A DNA stretch of 45,931 nucleotides from Octopus sinensis (GCF_006345805.1 NW_021829866.1:1-45931), one strand, 5' to 3'. Counted from the first letter of the stretch, positions 12,756 through 24,974 are shown. The notes: generated from the sequence alone by a model not told the origin. Made by a program: numbers and translations.

Positions 12756-13178
12756 CAGGCGTCGCTGTGTGGTAAATAGTTAGCTTCTCAACCACATGGT
12801 TTTTGGTTCAATCCCACTGCTTGGCACCTTGGGAAAGTGTTTTCTACTATAGCCACGGGCCGACCAAAGCCTTGTGAGTGGATTTGGTTGACGGAAAGCT
12901 GAAAAAAGCCCGTTATGTATGCATATGTGTGTGTGCCTGTGTGTATGTGTGTGTGTGTCTTTGTGCCTGTGTTTGTCCCTTACCCCCGCTTCACAATCGG
13001 TGGCTGGATGTCTAGGACCCAGTTCCTAGCGGTTCAACAAAAGAGATCAATAGAATAAGTATCGAACTTGAAAACAAAACAAAATATTCAGTACAGATCC
13101 CTTCATTCGACTAAAAATCTTTCAAGGGGGTGCCCCAGTATGGTCACAGTCTCATGACTGAAACAAATAAAGAAAAGA
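12756..13178 (+). mobile_element. Family-B SINE (diverged), inside the 1569-bp intron that splits the Ig domain
   Basis: Colinear with the 6177 and 35198 copies over both halves. Confidence 0.82.
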
Positions 13179-13314
13179 AGAAAACAATTATATAGAACAG
13201 TCGACATAATCGTCCGTTCCCTAATAAAAAAAAATAGACATAAATAAACAAGAAAACAAATAAACAAAATGGCGTTCGTGCTTGTCATCGAAAACTCGTA
13301 TTTTTATATTTCAG

Positions 13315-13519
13315 ATAAAAAACCCACGGAACATGACACAATCACGTAGCGACAGTGTCGTTTTTATTAATGTGATTTGGTCGCCGAAAGTTGTCAAGTC
13401 CCTATTACATATTTATAATGCTACCGAGGATGCGCAATATGGATGCCATGCTTCAAACAATCATGTCGGAGGACCGTCTAATATTGTCCATATAGCTTCA
13501 GTAAATATACGGCCTTCCG
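13315..13519 (+). CDS. Internal coding exon: C-terminal half of the same Ig domain
   Basis: Acceptor tttttatatttcag|ATA at 13314/13315 and donor TCCG|gtgagt at 13519/13520. Translation IKNPRNMTQSRSDSVVFINVIWSPKVVKSLLHIYNATEDAQYGCHASNNHVGGPSNIVHIASVNIRPS contains the E-strand L-x-I and F-strand Y-x-C-x-A-x-N motifs, plus N-glycosylation sequons NMT and NAT. The phase 0 start matches the previous exon. The two exons total 330 nt (110 codons) with phase 1 ends, typical of Ig modules. Confidence 0.9.
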
Positions 13520-13682
13520 GTGAGTACACGTTACATTTCCGTTCTTTTTACTACTATCATTATTATTTTTGCTTGACATTCTAGTTGAGATGATCAACTC
13601 AGTATTTAAACATCTATTTATATATCAATACGCTTATTTATTCCTAATTACACGTATATGTAATTACAAATGTATATACGTT

Positions 13683-13739
<57 letters not shown>

Positions 13740-13825
13740 ATAATATATATATATATAACGCCGTATGTAAACTAACAAGTTTGTTTTCGAAGCGTTGAAA
13801 TGTGTTGTAGAACAAGTAGAAAGAA

Positions 13826-14044
13826 ATTTTATTCAACACATAGATACTGAACAGTATATATATAAAGGATAAAATCCATTTTTTTTCTTCAAAAGCAGAA
13901 AAATCTGTCGGCAGTCAGCCATGAGGAACGAACTCACACCCCTCCAATATCTGGCTGCCGGCAGATTTTTCTGCTTTTAAAGAAAAAAATGGATTTTATC
14001 TTTTATATATATATACTGTTCAGTATCTATGCGTTGAATAAAAT
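13826..14044. repeat. Long inverted repeat (fold-back, MITE-like): ~93-bp arms, 32-nt spacer
   Basis: Arm 13826-13918 (ATTTTATTCAACACATAGATACTGAACAG...AAAATCTGTCGGCAGTCAG) pairs with 13951-14044, with about five substitutions and two small indels. Confidence 0.9.
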
Positions 14045-14514
14045 GGTAAACGCAGCAGTGAAATTGCCGTACAGGCACAGTTGCAACAGCTTCAGTCAGT
14101 TTCTCAACCAATAGAGGATGCAGTACTCTGTTATCTTCTATTTTTTTATTGACGTCTTTTCCTGAAATACAACTCAGAAACGTTGCAAACTCCACCACTA
14201 ACTGCTCACACAGCAATTTCGTTGCAGTTTTTCCATTGTTTTTCTCCAAATAATGCAAATCTTGCCGAGGCAGACCACCACCGTACAAACACACATGCAT
14301 ACATGACAACTGTTTTAAAATGGCCATCACACATTCAGCCTGACTGTTTTGATTCACTTCCATCTTTGCTTCTGCGCGGATATGACGTTTTACAGCACAC
14401 ATCCATCGCCATAAGATTTTATCATATATAAAACGGATCAAGAAATGTAATACTAAAAATTAAATGGTTACATCACTGGATTTAACTTGCCATTCTTTCT
14501 TGTTGTCTTAGTAG

Positions 14515-15048
14515 CTATGCTAGTAGCTACATTCATGCTATAAGGTAGGTTAAACCATAAGATTTTCCTTTTTCTGCGTCAATTTAGTCTATTTATATTT
14601 GGTTCAATGTGGTATACCCTATTATTAAAGTTGGACCTTTCTAATGCAGCATTATGATATTGGGCGGCTTTTCAAAAGTGTCTTTTTCGGCGGATAAATT
14701 CGTGACGCGCCTGTTAACATTGTCAACCATTCGTTTAATTACTGCTGCTGGGTGGTTGGAACCTATGTCTATGTATGAGACTTCCTCACCTGGTTTGTGG
14801 CAGGGTTTAAATTTTCCTGTCTTAAGATTCATGTTAAGGTCTAGGAAGTCGACTTCTTTGAGGTTAGTACCAACTGCGATTCTTAGGTCTAATTAGCTAA
14901 AGATTTTGCATAATGTTCTCCTTATTCTATCCATGTCATGTCCGTTTCTATTGAATACTACTCCCAGGCTATCGTTCGTATACAACCCTATGTTAGCTTT
15001 TATTTCCTTTTTAAGGGTATCTAGGATATAAAGGCCTACAAGGTCAGA
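14515..15048 (-). mobile_element. Penelope-like element reverse-transcriptase/thumb fragment
   Basis: Minus-strand reading with frameshifts and stops: [28 protein letters not shown] (decayed YRDDGL)...KEVDFLDLNMNLKTGKFKPCHKP...SNHPAAVIK...AAQYHNAALERS...RKRKILWFNLPYSMNV. These are PLE-type motifs. Confidence 0.8.
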
Positions 15049-15079
15049 TATATATATATATATAGAGAGAGAGAGGGGG

Positions 15080-15196
<117 letters not shown>

Positions 15197-15323
15197 TTAT
15201 GCATATATGTGCAGAAATAATATATACATATGAATATATATAATTTACAAAATATGCCAATATGCATATGTACATACACACACACATACACACAAACATA
15301 CATACACACACGCCCACACACAA

Positions 15324-15392
<69 letters not shown>

Positions 15393-15915
15393 CGCCTATG
15401 TTACGCAATACAGTGTGTTCCATACATACGCAGAGCATGCACATATGCAAAAATTTCATGTATGTGTATGTGTTTGTGTGTGTGTATGTGTTTGTGTGTG
15501 TGTGTGTATGTATGCGTGTATAACTGTGTATGGGTGTTACAGTACCTTATGCATATATGTGCGCGTGTGTGTATACATAATACTGATATTAATATCTATA
15601 TCTATCTTAATGAACGCATCTCTCGTGCTCTTTACGCGTATTCTAGATTACACCAAAACACACACATAGAGAAACGTACACACATACACACACACACAGA
15701 CACACCTACAATTAAACAAACAAACAAACAAACAAGCAAACAACTAAATCCTGACAATGAGCTAAATAAAGCTCAAATTCTCGTAATAATCCGTAGATGT
15801 AAAGATTCACATGCGCAAGAAAAAACCTCATCTTACACATGCACACACACACACACACACAGACGCACACACACAAAATACATAGATAGGCAAGTAAGGT
15901 GTGTACGGAAGAATG

Positions 15916-15981
<66 letters not shown>

Positions 15982-16227
15982 ACTATAGTTCCCTGTAATT
16001 CTAGAACTCTCGTCATTTCAATGACAAACAGACCCGGGGCCCCTTTTATAATTATACCCCGGGATCAGATTACTTGTCTTGAAAACATTTTCACTTCACT
16101 TAACAGCTCCAACACTCCCACCACCCCCGCCTCTCAAAATGGGGCCCCTTAATCTTTCTCAGCGAAGGGAGCATGGCGAGGATGCTTCGTATCGCTTCCC
16201 TAACAACATATTAGACTACCACCGCGA

Positions 16228-16862
16228 GCTCCGCTTCCACCACTACCACTGTCACCATCGCCGCTACCTACTACCAACACTACCACCACCACCACCATCA
16301 TCACTGGCATTCCCACCATCTCCAGCACTTCTACCGCCACCGGCATCGCCATTACCAACACTATCACAACCACCACCATCACCACTAAAACCGCCACCGC
16401 CACCGCTACCACCAATATAGCCATTATCAAAACTACCACAACCACCACCATCACCACCACCACCACCACCACCAACACTACCGTCACTTCTACTACCACC
16501 ATTATCATCATTCTCATTACCACAAGTACCACCACCACCTCCACCACCGCCACCCCCACCATCATTACCATTATCATCACCACCACCACCACCACCATCA
16601 CCCATCTCCACCATCACCATCACCATCACCATTACTCCTACAATCACCCCTCCCCACCACCGCTGCTGTCGTCGCCGCCATCAACAAGATGACTACGAAC
16701 ACCACCACCACATCCATCATCACCACCACTACCAACATCATCATCACCATAACCACCAACAACAACAACAACAACACGATTACCAAGAGAGCCACTCCCA
16801 CCACCATCATCACCGTGGATTCCACCATCACTATCCCCTTCACTGCCTCCATCACCACCACC
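16228..16862. repeat. Degenerate (ACC/ATC)n low-complexity tract
   Basis: Directly visible; the triplet frame shifts several times. Confidence 0.92.
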
Positions 16863-17169
16863 GTAAGTCTTGTATCTCATAACAATATATTGCCAATGCT
16901 ACTCTAAAGCGACCCGGCCCCTCGACACAGCACTAAATTTAGCCCTCATATCTTTTCTGTTTACCCTGTTGTGTGGTGAACAAAAAAAGGAAATATTTAG
17001 GTATTTAAAGACCTTCAGTTAAATATGTTTTAAAATAAAAGATGTGTCTTTAAAAAAAAAAAACAGAAAAATACCTTGTGGTTAAATTTCCGAATTTTCG
17101 CCTAGGTTCGAACCCCAGTGTAATGATTTCAAGTTACCCACACCCACCTCCAGCCATTTCAAATTCTTT

Positions 17170-17487
17170 TCTTTACTAATCTAGTCACAAGGGTCGAAAT
17201 TTTGGGGAAGGGGACCAGTCAATTAGATCGACCCCAGTACACAACTGGTACTTATTTAATCGACACCGAAAGGATGAGAGGCAAAATCGACCTAGGCGGA
17301 ATTTGAACTCAGAACGTAGAGGCAGACGAAATACCTATTTCTTTATTACCCACAAGGGGCTACACACAGAGGGGACAAACAAGGACAGAAAAACGGATTA
17401 AGTCGATTACATCGATCCCAGTGCGTAACTGGTACTTAATTGATCGACGCCGAAAGGATGAAAAGCAAAGTCGCCTTGGCGGATCGG
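17170..17487 (-). mobile_element. Body/3' part of the family-C SINE whose head is amplified in the adjacent array
   Basis: Reverse complement contains GACTTTGCTTTTCATCCTTTCGGCGTCGAT..AAGTACCAGTTACGCACTGGG, a second internal GAGTTCAAATTCCGCC module and the CCCCAAAATTTCGACCCTTGTG tail shared with other family-C copies. Confidence 0.8.
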
Positions 17488-19574
17488 TAAGCATTTCACC
17501 CGGCGTGCTAACGCTTCTGCCAGCTCGCTGCCTTTTAGAAGGCTTCAAAGGCAAAGTTGACCACGGCGGAATTTGAACTCAAAACGTAAAGACTGACGAA
17601 ACACCGTTAAGCATTTTGCCCAGCGTGCTAACGCTTCTGCCAGCTCGCTGCCTTTTAGAAGGCTTCAAAGGCAAAGTTGACCACGGCGGAATTTGAACTC
17701 AAAACGTAAAGACTGACGAAACACCGTTAAGCATTTTGCCCAGCGTGCTAACGCTTCTGCCAGCTCGCTGCCTTTTAGAAGGCTTCAAAGGCAAAGTTGA
17801 CCACGGCGGAATTTGAACTCAAAACGTAAAGACTGACGAAACACCGTTAAGCATTTTGCCCAGCGTGCTAACGCTTCTGCCAGCTCGCTGCCTTTTAGAA
17901 GGCTTCAAAGGCAAAGTTGACCACGGCGGAATTTGAACTCAAAACGTAAAGACTGACGAAACACCGTTAAGCATTTTGCCCAGCGTGCTAACGCTTCTGC
18001 CAGCTCGCTGCCTTTTAGAAGGCTTCAAAGGCAAAGTTGACCACGGCGGAATTTGAACTCAAAACGTAAAGACTGACGAAACACCGTTAAGCATTTTGCC
18101 CAGCGTGCTAACGCTTCTGCCAGCTCGCTGCCTTTTAGAAGGCTTCAAAGGCAAAGTTGACCACGGCGGAATTTGAACTCAAAACGTAAAGACTGACGAA
18201 ACACCGTTAAGCATTTTGCCCAGCGTGCTAACGCTTCTGCCAGCTCGCTGCCTTTTAGAAGGCTTCAAAGGCAAAGTTGACCACGGCGGAATTTGAACTC
18301 AAAACGTAAAGACTGACGAAACACCGTTAAGCATTTTGCCCAGCGTGCTAACGCTTCTGCCAGCTCGCTGCCTTTTAGAAGGCTTCAAAGGCAAAGTTGA
18401 CCACGGCGGAATTTGAACTCAAAACGTAAAGACTGACGAAACACCGTTAAGCATTTTGCCCAGCGTGCTAACGCTTCTGCCAGCTCGCTGCCTTTTAGAA
18501 GGCTTCAAAGGCAAAGTTGACCACGGCGGAATTTGAACTCAAAACGTAAAGACTGACGAAACACCGTTAAGCATTTTGCCCAGCGTGCTAACGCTTCTGC
18601 CAGCTCGCTGCCTTTTAGAAGGCTTCAAAGGCAAAGTTGACCACGGCGGAATTTGAACTCAAAACGTAAAGACTGACGAAACACCGTTAAGCATTTTGCC
18701 CAGCGTGCTAACGCTTCTGCCAGCTCGCTGCCTTTTAGAAGGCTTCAAAGGCAAAGTTGACCACGGCGGAATTTGAACTCAAAACGTAAAGACTGACGAA
18801 ACACCGTTAAGCATTTTGCCCAGCGTGCTAACGCTTCTGCCAGCTCGCTGCCTTTTAGAAGGCTTCAAAGGCAAAGTTGACCACGGCGGAATTTGAACTC
18901 AAAACGTAAAGACTGACGAAACACCGTTAAGCATTTTGCCCAGCGTGCTAACGCTTCTGCCAGCTCGCTGCCTTTTAGAAGGCTTCAAAGGCAAAGTTGA
19001 CCACGGCGGAATTTGAACTCAAAACGTAAAGACTGACGAAAACCCGTTAAGCATTTTGCCCAGCGTGCTAACGCTTCTGCCAGCTCGCTGCCTTTTAGAA
19101 GGCTTCAAAGGCAAAGTTGACCACGGCGGAATTTGAACTCAAAACGTAAAGACTGACGAAACACCGTTAAGCATTTTGCCCAGCGTGCTAACGCTTCTGC
19201 CAGCTCGCTGCCTTTTAGAAGGCTTCAAAGGCAAAGTTGACCACGGCGGAATTTGAACTCAAAACGTAAAGACTGACGAAACACCGTTAAGCATTTTGCC
19301 CAGCGTGCTAACGCTTCTGCCAGCTCGCTGCCTTTTAGAAGGCTTCAAAGGCAAAGTTGACCACGGCGGAATTTGAACTCAAAACGTAAAGACTGACGAA
19401 ACACCGTTAAGCATTTTGCCCAGCGTGCTAACGCTTCTGCCAGCTCGCTGCCTTTTAGAAGGCTTCAAAGGCAAAGTTGACCACGGCGGAATTTGAACTC
19501 AAAACGTAAAGACTGACGAAACACCGTTAAGCATTTTGCCCAGCGTGCTAACGATTCTGCCAGCCCGCCGCCTT
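17488..19574 (-). repeat. Near-perfect tandem array, 120-bp period, ~17.4 units, derived from the 5' head of a family-C SINE
   Basis: The 60-nt lines at 17521, 17641 ... 19441 are identical (17 copies). The only visible internal variant is AACCC vs ACACC at 19041-19045. The reverse complement of the unit is AAGGCAGCGAGCTGGCAGAAGCGTTAGCACGCTGGGCAAAATGCTTAACGGTGTTTCGTCAGTCTTTACGTTTTGAGTTCAAATTCCGCCGTGGTCAACTTTGCCTTTGAAGCCTTCTAA, the same head seen at 38712 and 44566. Confidence 0.97.
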
Positions 19575-19777
19575 ATGTTTGCACTAAAAATAATAAAATC
19601 TAACACTTACAACTCATATGAATCTTAAAATGTGAAAATAGCAAAAGAATATTTTAATTTTAAACATTCCTTAACATTTTAGGATATAAAATTATCAAAA
19701 TAAAAAAGTCTTTGAACATCAGAGCTTCTGGATCTGCAACATTTTAGAATAAAACATTGGTATTTCGAAAGCATTGG

Positions 19778-20097
19778 TGAAGGCAGAATGGCCCAGGGGT
19801 TAGGAGAGCGGACTCGCGGTCATAGGATCGCAGTTTCGATTCCAAGACCGGGCGTTTTGAGTGTTTATTGAGCGAAAACACCTAAAGCTCCACGGGGCTC
19901 CGAAGTGGGGTGGTGGCGATCCCTGCTGTACTCTTTCGCCACAACTTTCTCTCACTCTTTCTTCTGTTGGCCTGCTCGCTTAGTCAGTGGGGTGGCGTCA
20001 TTTGAAGGCTAAAACAATGCGAAGCGCATTGTAACCAGCGATATGTAGCAACATCTGATAGTCTGGTCGGTCACGGTGGTCATGGTGGTCACGGTGA
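19778..20097 (+). mobile_element. Family-A tRNA-derived SINE, tail type W
   Basis: Same head and body as 4492 and 21722 (ATGGCCCAG.GGTTAGG..AGCGGACTCGCGGTCATAGGATCG..GTTTCGATTCC). A different tail (GGCCTGCTCGCTTAG...ACATCTGATAGTCTGGTCGGTCACGGTG) ends in short GGTCACGGT-like repeats. Confidence 0.85.
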
Positions 20098-20137
20098 TTT
20101 CGAAAGCATTGATTTGAATTAATAAACATTCATACAA

Positions 20138-20705
20138 AGGCGGTGAGCTAGCAGAATCGTTAGTACACTTTGCGGTATTCCGTCTGCTGCTACGCTCTGA
20201 GTTCAAATTCTGCAGAGGTCAACTTTGCCTTTCATCCTTTCGGGTTCGATAAATTTAGCACCAGTTGGTCGATCTAATCGACTGGCCCCTTCCCCCAAAA
20301 TTTCGGGTCTTGAGTAGAAAGGAATCGTTAGCACGCCGGACGAAATGCTTAGCGGTATTTCGGCTGTCTTTACGTTCTGAGTTCAAATTCCGCCGCGGTC
20401 GACTTTACCTTTCATCCTTTCAGGGTCGATTAAATAAGTACCAGTTACGCACTGGGGTCGATATAATCAACTTAATCTGTTTGTCTGTCCTCTCTGTGTT
20501 TAGCCCCTTGTGGGTAGCAAAGAAATAGGTATTTCGTCAGCCGTTACGTTCTGAGTTCAAATTCTGCCGAGGTCGACTTTGCTTTTCATCCTTCCAGGGT
20601 CGATTAGATAAGTACCAGTTACGCACTGGGTCAATGTAATCGACTTAATCACCCTGTCCTTGTTTGTCCCTTCTATGTTAAGACCCCTGTGAACAATAAA
20701 GAAAT
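20138..20705 (+). mobile_element. Cluster of family-C SINE modules in head-to-tail arrangement
   Basis: GGCGGTGAGCTAGCAGAATCGTTAG head at 20139. The module GAGTTCAAATTC..GGTCGACTTTGCCTTTCATCCTT..GGGTCGAT..AAGTACCAGTT recurs at ~20198, ~20378 and ~20553. Confidence 0.82.
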
Positions 20706-20741
20706 AAACATACATATATACATACAGGCGCAAGCGCATCT

Positions 20742-21035
20742 GTGTAGCAGGAGCTTAGTGGTTAGGGCATTCGACTCACGATTGTAAGGTCGTGAGTTCA
20801 ATTCCTGGCGACACGTTTTGTCCTTGAGCAAGACACTTTATTTCACGTTGCTCCAGTCCACTCAGGAGACGAAAACGAATAGTACCTGTATTTCAAAGGG
20901 CCAGCCGTGTCACGCTGAATCTCCTCGAGAACTACGTTAAGGGTACACGTGTCTGTGGAGTACGTTAATTTCGCGAGCAAGCTGTTCCGTTGATCGTATC
21001 AGCTGGGACCCACGTCGTCGTAATTGACGGAGTGT
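20742..21035 (+). mobile_element. tRNA-derived SINE with a different head, a central core and tail type X
   Basis: Head TTAGTGGTTAGGGCATTCGACTCACGATTGTAAGGTCGTGAGTTCAATTCC, core GTCCTTGAGCAAGACACTTTATTTCACGTTGCTCCAGTCCACTCAG, and a tail homologous to that of 21722-21900. Confidence 0.82.
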
Positions 21036-21244
21036 TCCTACCGATGAAGAAAAATAACCAATATTAATGTTAAATAATCTCCACGGACCCTGAATGACCG
21101 AGATAACGTGACGAAGTTATAAAAATCCACAAACAAGCATAACAAATGTACAGTTCAGCATGACAATCCGATAGAATAGCTGTTAAGTTAAACCTTTTTC
21201 TCGTTGTCTTTTTAGGAATATAAAGTTACTAGAAAGAGAAGATA

Positions 21245-21420
21245 CCCAGTCCCTTCGCTCCCGCCCATTTTAGTCGCCTCTTACGCCACGCAGGGAATAC
21301 GGTGACTGCATTCTACCGGTACCCCGCCCCACCTCTGTCGCTGGGAGTGAGAGAGGCAAGAGAGTTTATAAATGATAGGAAAGCTTGGAGAGTGTTTGCG
21401 GACGGATCAGTGAATTTGAT
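21245..21420 (+). mobile_element. Possible RTE-clade LINE relic (3' tail motif plus C-terminal ORF scrap)
   Basis: TTAGTCGCCTCTTACGCCACGCAGGGAATACGG resembles invertebrate RTE/SINE 3' tails. The adjacent LGVREAREFINDRKAWRVF resembles the RTE C-terminal DRxxWR motif. By-eye only. Confidence 0.4.
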
Positions 21421-21721
21421 GTTGTTTAAAGGGGTACGGAACCAGTATGATGCGGCGGGGATAAACCAGCATATGTTGTCGGCCTCCGCTGCTGATATTG
21501 GAGGTTGCATTCTATGTCTTGACTTGAGCATAGGACGAGGCTCGCCTCTTTGAGCTAAGAAATGAATGGAATGCCTGGAGTGTGTCTTGTTGTGGCCACC
21601 CCTTCCTAAATAAAATGGGGAATAGGCCTGAGTATATATATATACAAAAGAAAAGTTAAACCCTTCCAGGCCACAATCCAATGACTGAAATAAGTAAGAG
21701 AGAAGATAAAAGAATATGGAA

Positions 21722-22099
21722 GCACTCCGTCGGTTACGACGATGAGGTTCCGGTTGATCCGAATCAACGGAACAGCCTGCTCGTGAAATTAATGTGTAAG
21801 TGGCTGAGCACTCCACAGACACGTGCACCCTTAACGTAGTTCTCGGGGATATTCAGCGTGACACAGAGAGTGACAAGGCCGGCCCCTTGAAATAAAGGTA
21901 CAACAGAAACAGGAAGTAAGAGTGAGAGAAAGTTGTGGTGAAAGAGTACAGCAGGGATCACCACCATCCCCTGCCGGAGCTTCGTGGAGCTTTTAGGTGT
22001 TTTCGCTCAATAAACACCCACAACGCCCGGTCTGGGAATCGAAACCACGATCCTATGACCGCGAGTCCGCTGCCCTAACCACTGGGCCATTGCGCCTCC
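21722..22099 (-). mobile_element. Family-A tRNA-derived SINE, tail type X (full length)
   Basis: Reverse complement: GGAGGCGCAATGGCCCAGTGGTTAGGGCAGCGGACTCGCGG...GTTTCGATTCCCAGACC head, body, then tail X (TTTCAAGGGGCCGGCC...GAGAACTACGTTAAGGG...GTCGTAACCGACGGAGTG). Confidence 0.88.
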
Positions 22100-23393
22100 A
22101 CATAAAAGAATATACATGTTCTGATAAATGAGCGGTTTTTTTGAAAGATCAACTAATCAGTCAGCCATTTTGTATCATTTCATCTTTCAGTCCATCCTGT
22201 TGCTATTAAGCTCAACACCTCATCATACTTAGTGAGGTGTATATATTATATAGTAGTACCTCGTGACTTATGTAATATCAGCACCTGACTACGGTTCGTT
22301 TGATATGCTAAATATAGCTAGTAAATCTCCCTCCAACAGCGTTCTTCAGTACGGATATTTATCCTTGCGCTGAGGTAGACTAAACTTAGATTCTTGCTGG
22401 ATTTATTGGTTCATCATATTACTGTCTTAAATGTTATCTAAATTTTTCTAGATGTAACATATCAGTGAAAGGGATGCGGTAGTTACAAGAAGAATTTGTT
22501 TGCTTACGGGTGTTTCTGATCTTGGGACTATTTGATCAGAGCAGCCGTTGAGCAAAGCATAACTCACAAAATACTTAAATCTTTAATTTCTGCAAAGATA
22601 TTTTACACACACACACACAAACACATACATACACACATATGAAATATTCTTTTTCTTTTATATTTTGAACGGTTTAACTCGGAGCGTGTAAGGATGGGAT
22701 TTTAAAAAGCCCTTCGGATAGTAAACTTAAGTTTACTAGAGATGTGGCTCCGAGTCCCTTGAGCAGTTTTCGGGTTTTTTCTATCCAGGGGGTTACCTAA
22801 ATCAATATTTACACCTTGCGATATATTTGCTTCGAGATAAACTGTTCTAAATAATAATTATTTCACGTTCCTTGGAAATTTTAAAATTCTTACGACGTTC
22901 TAAGTGTGTGTGTGTGAGTGCGTGTGCGTGCGCGTGTGTGTGAGTGAGTGAGTGTGTATGTATGTGTGTGTCTGTCTGTCTGTCTGTCTGTGTGCGTGTG
23001 CGTGCGTGTATGTTGAAGTTGAAAAGACATCACAAATTGTTACTCAGTTTCAGGGAACCGATCGTCAGACAATCGTAATTATTTAGAAGTATTTAGAAGA
23101 ACGATATACAAACATACACACACTCGCACACTTTTAAACACACACGTATCCATTATGTGGTTGTTGTTTTTTTTCTTATTTAAGACGTTAAAGTTGTATT
23201 TTCAAATGATTTGGCTCCTATATCTAGCCGACCAGGCAAATACGTAGAGACTCCATTGCTCGTTATAGAATCTTTTCGAATTTGCGATGCTGGAAACCTA
23301 GTGGGAAGTTGCGCTTGTATACGATCATATCGTTTCATATTCTTATTCGTATTCTTTACATGTACAACAACATACACACATATATGTATGTGC

Positions 23394-23460
<67 letters not shown>

Positions 23461-23715
23461 TATGTATATATACTATAATTCCTATCACGTACATACTCAT
23501 GCATATATTCATGTAACTGAAGAAATACACACAAAGTAATATAAATAAAGGAATGAAATGCCCCACAAATAATATATGTCATACATACGTACAAGGATGT
23601 CAGTTATTTACAGGCAGATCAATATGTGGGCAGCCAATTTCCGTTTTCAACACAAATCATTTTTGAACATACGTTGAAAATAACATGCATGCAATACACG
23701 TCCACAAAACGTATA

Positions 23716-23756
<41 letters not shown>

Positions 23757-23920
23757 ACTACCACCACTACCACCACCACCATCCCTACTACTACTACTAC
23801 TACATCAATGATAATGATAAGAAGACGAAGAAGAACAACAACAACAACAACAACAATATATTGGTATAAATGTATACATACATATGGATACGTATTTACG
23901 TGTGCATATATATATATATT

Positions 23921-24026
<106 letters not shown>

Positions 24027-24149
24027 TTCTCAATGACACAAATTGATGTTTACGTCAGGATGTTGTTTGATTTGTGTCCTGAGACTAAACAATGTACATG
24101 TGTATAGTATACGCTTGTACATAAATAAACACATACACACACACATATG

Positions 24150-24190
<41 letters not shown>

Positions 24191-24442
24191 TTGTGTGTGA
24201 GTACAAACAGACATACTTGAGTTGGAGACAGAAAAGTTTCCGTGAAGACGTGTTTTATAAATCCTAACATTTACACAAATGATTGAATAATATTCAAAGA
24301 TACCAAATAAAAAGAAAGAAGGTAGGAAAGAAAGGAAGAAAGAAAGAAAAGATAAATTAGTTTATTTACTAGTTTTTTCCACATATATCCACTACTTCTC
24401 TCTCACCCTCTCTTTATCTATATATATATATATGTGTGTGTG

Positions 24443-24494
<52 letters not shown>

Positions 24495-24597
24495 GTATAC
24501 ATATATATATGTATATATATGACATATATATACATACATACATAACACAGACTAGGAAGAGGATCAGGTAGTTATAGATATATGTCTATATGTGTGT

Positions 24598-24781
<184 letters not shown>

Positions 24782-24974
24782 TTGATATTTAGCAGAACAG
24801 AATGACTCAAGGCATTTAAACATTAATAAAAAATATACATAAAAATATACATATACTCATATTTTGAGAACTATTTCTCCTGTTCATACCAGCATACCTG
24901 TATGTGTGTGTGTAGTGTGTGTGTAGAGAGAGAGAGGGAGAGAGAGACAGAGACAGAGGAGAGATAGATATACA

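Noticed and set aside
13977-14441. 154-aa minus-strand ORF
   Set aside because: No recognisable motif, and it runs into the fold-back repeat; likely a chance ORF within repeat-derived DNA.
16228-16868. Mucin-like Thr-rich exon ending at a GTAAGT donor-like site (16863)
   Set aside because: The Thr-rich frame shifts several times through single-base indels and there is no convincing in-frame acceptor; best explained as a decayed ACC/ATC repeat.
17488-19574. CRISPR-like array
   Set aside because: The units are contiguous and identical with no unique spacers, there are no cas genes, the context is eukaryotic, and the unit is a SINE head.
19778-22099. tRNA genes at SINE heads (also 4720-4789, 20742-20810, 31347-31533)
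   Set aside because: A and B boxes are present, but acceptor and anticodon stems do not pair properly and the heads continue into SINE bodies; these are tRNA-derived repeats, not tRNA genes.
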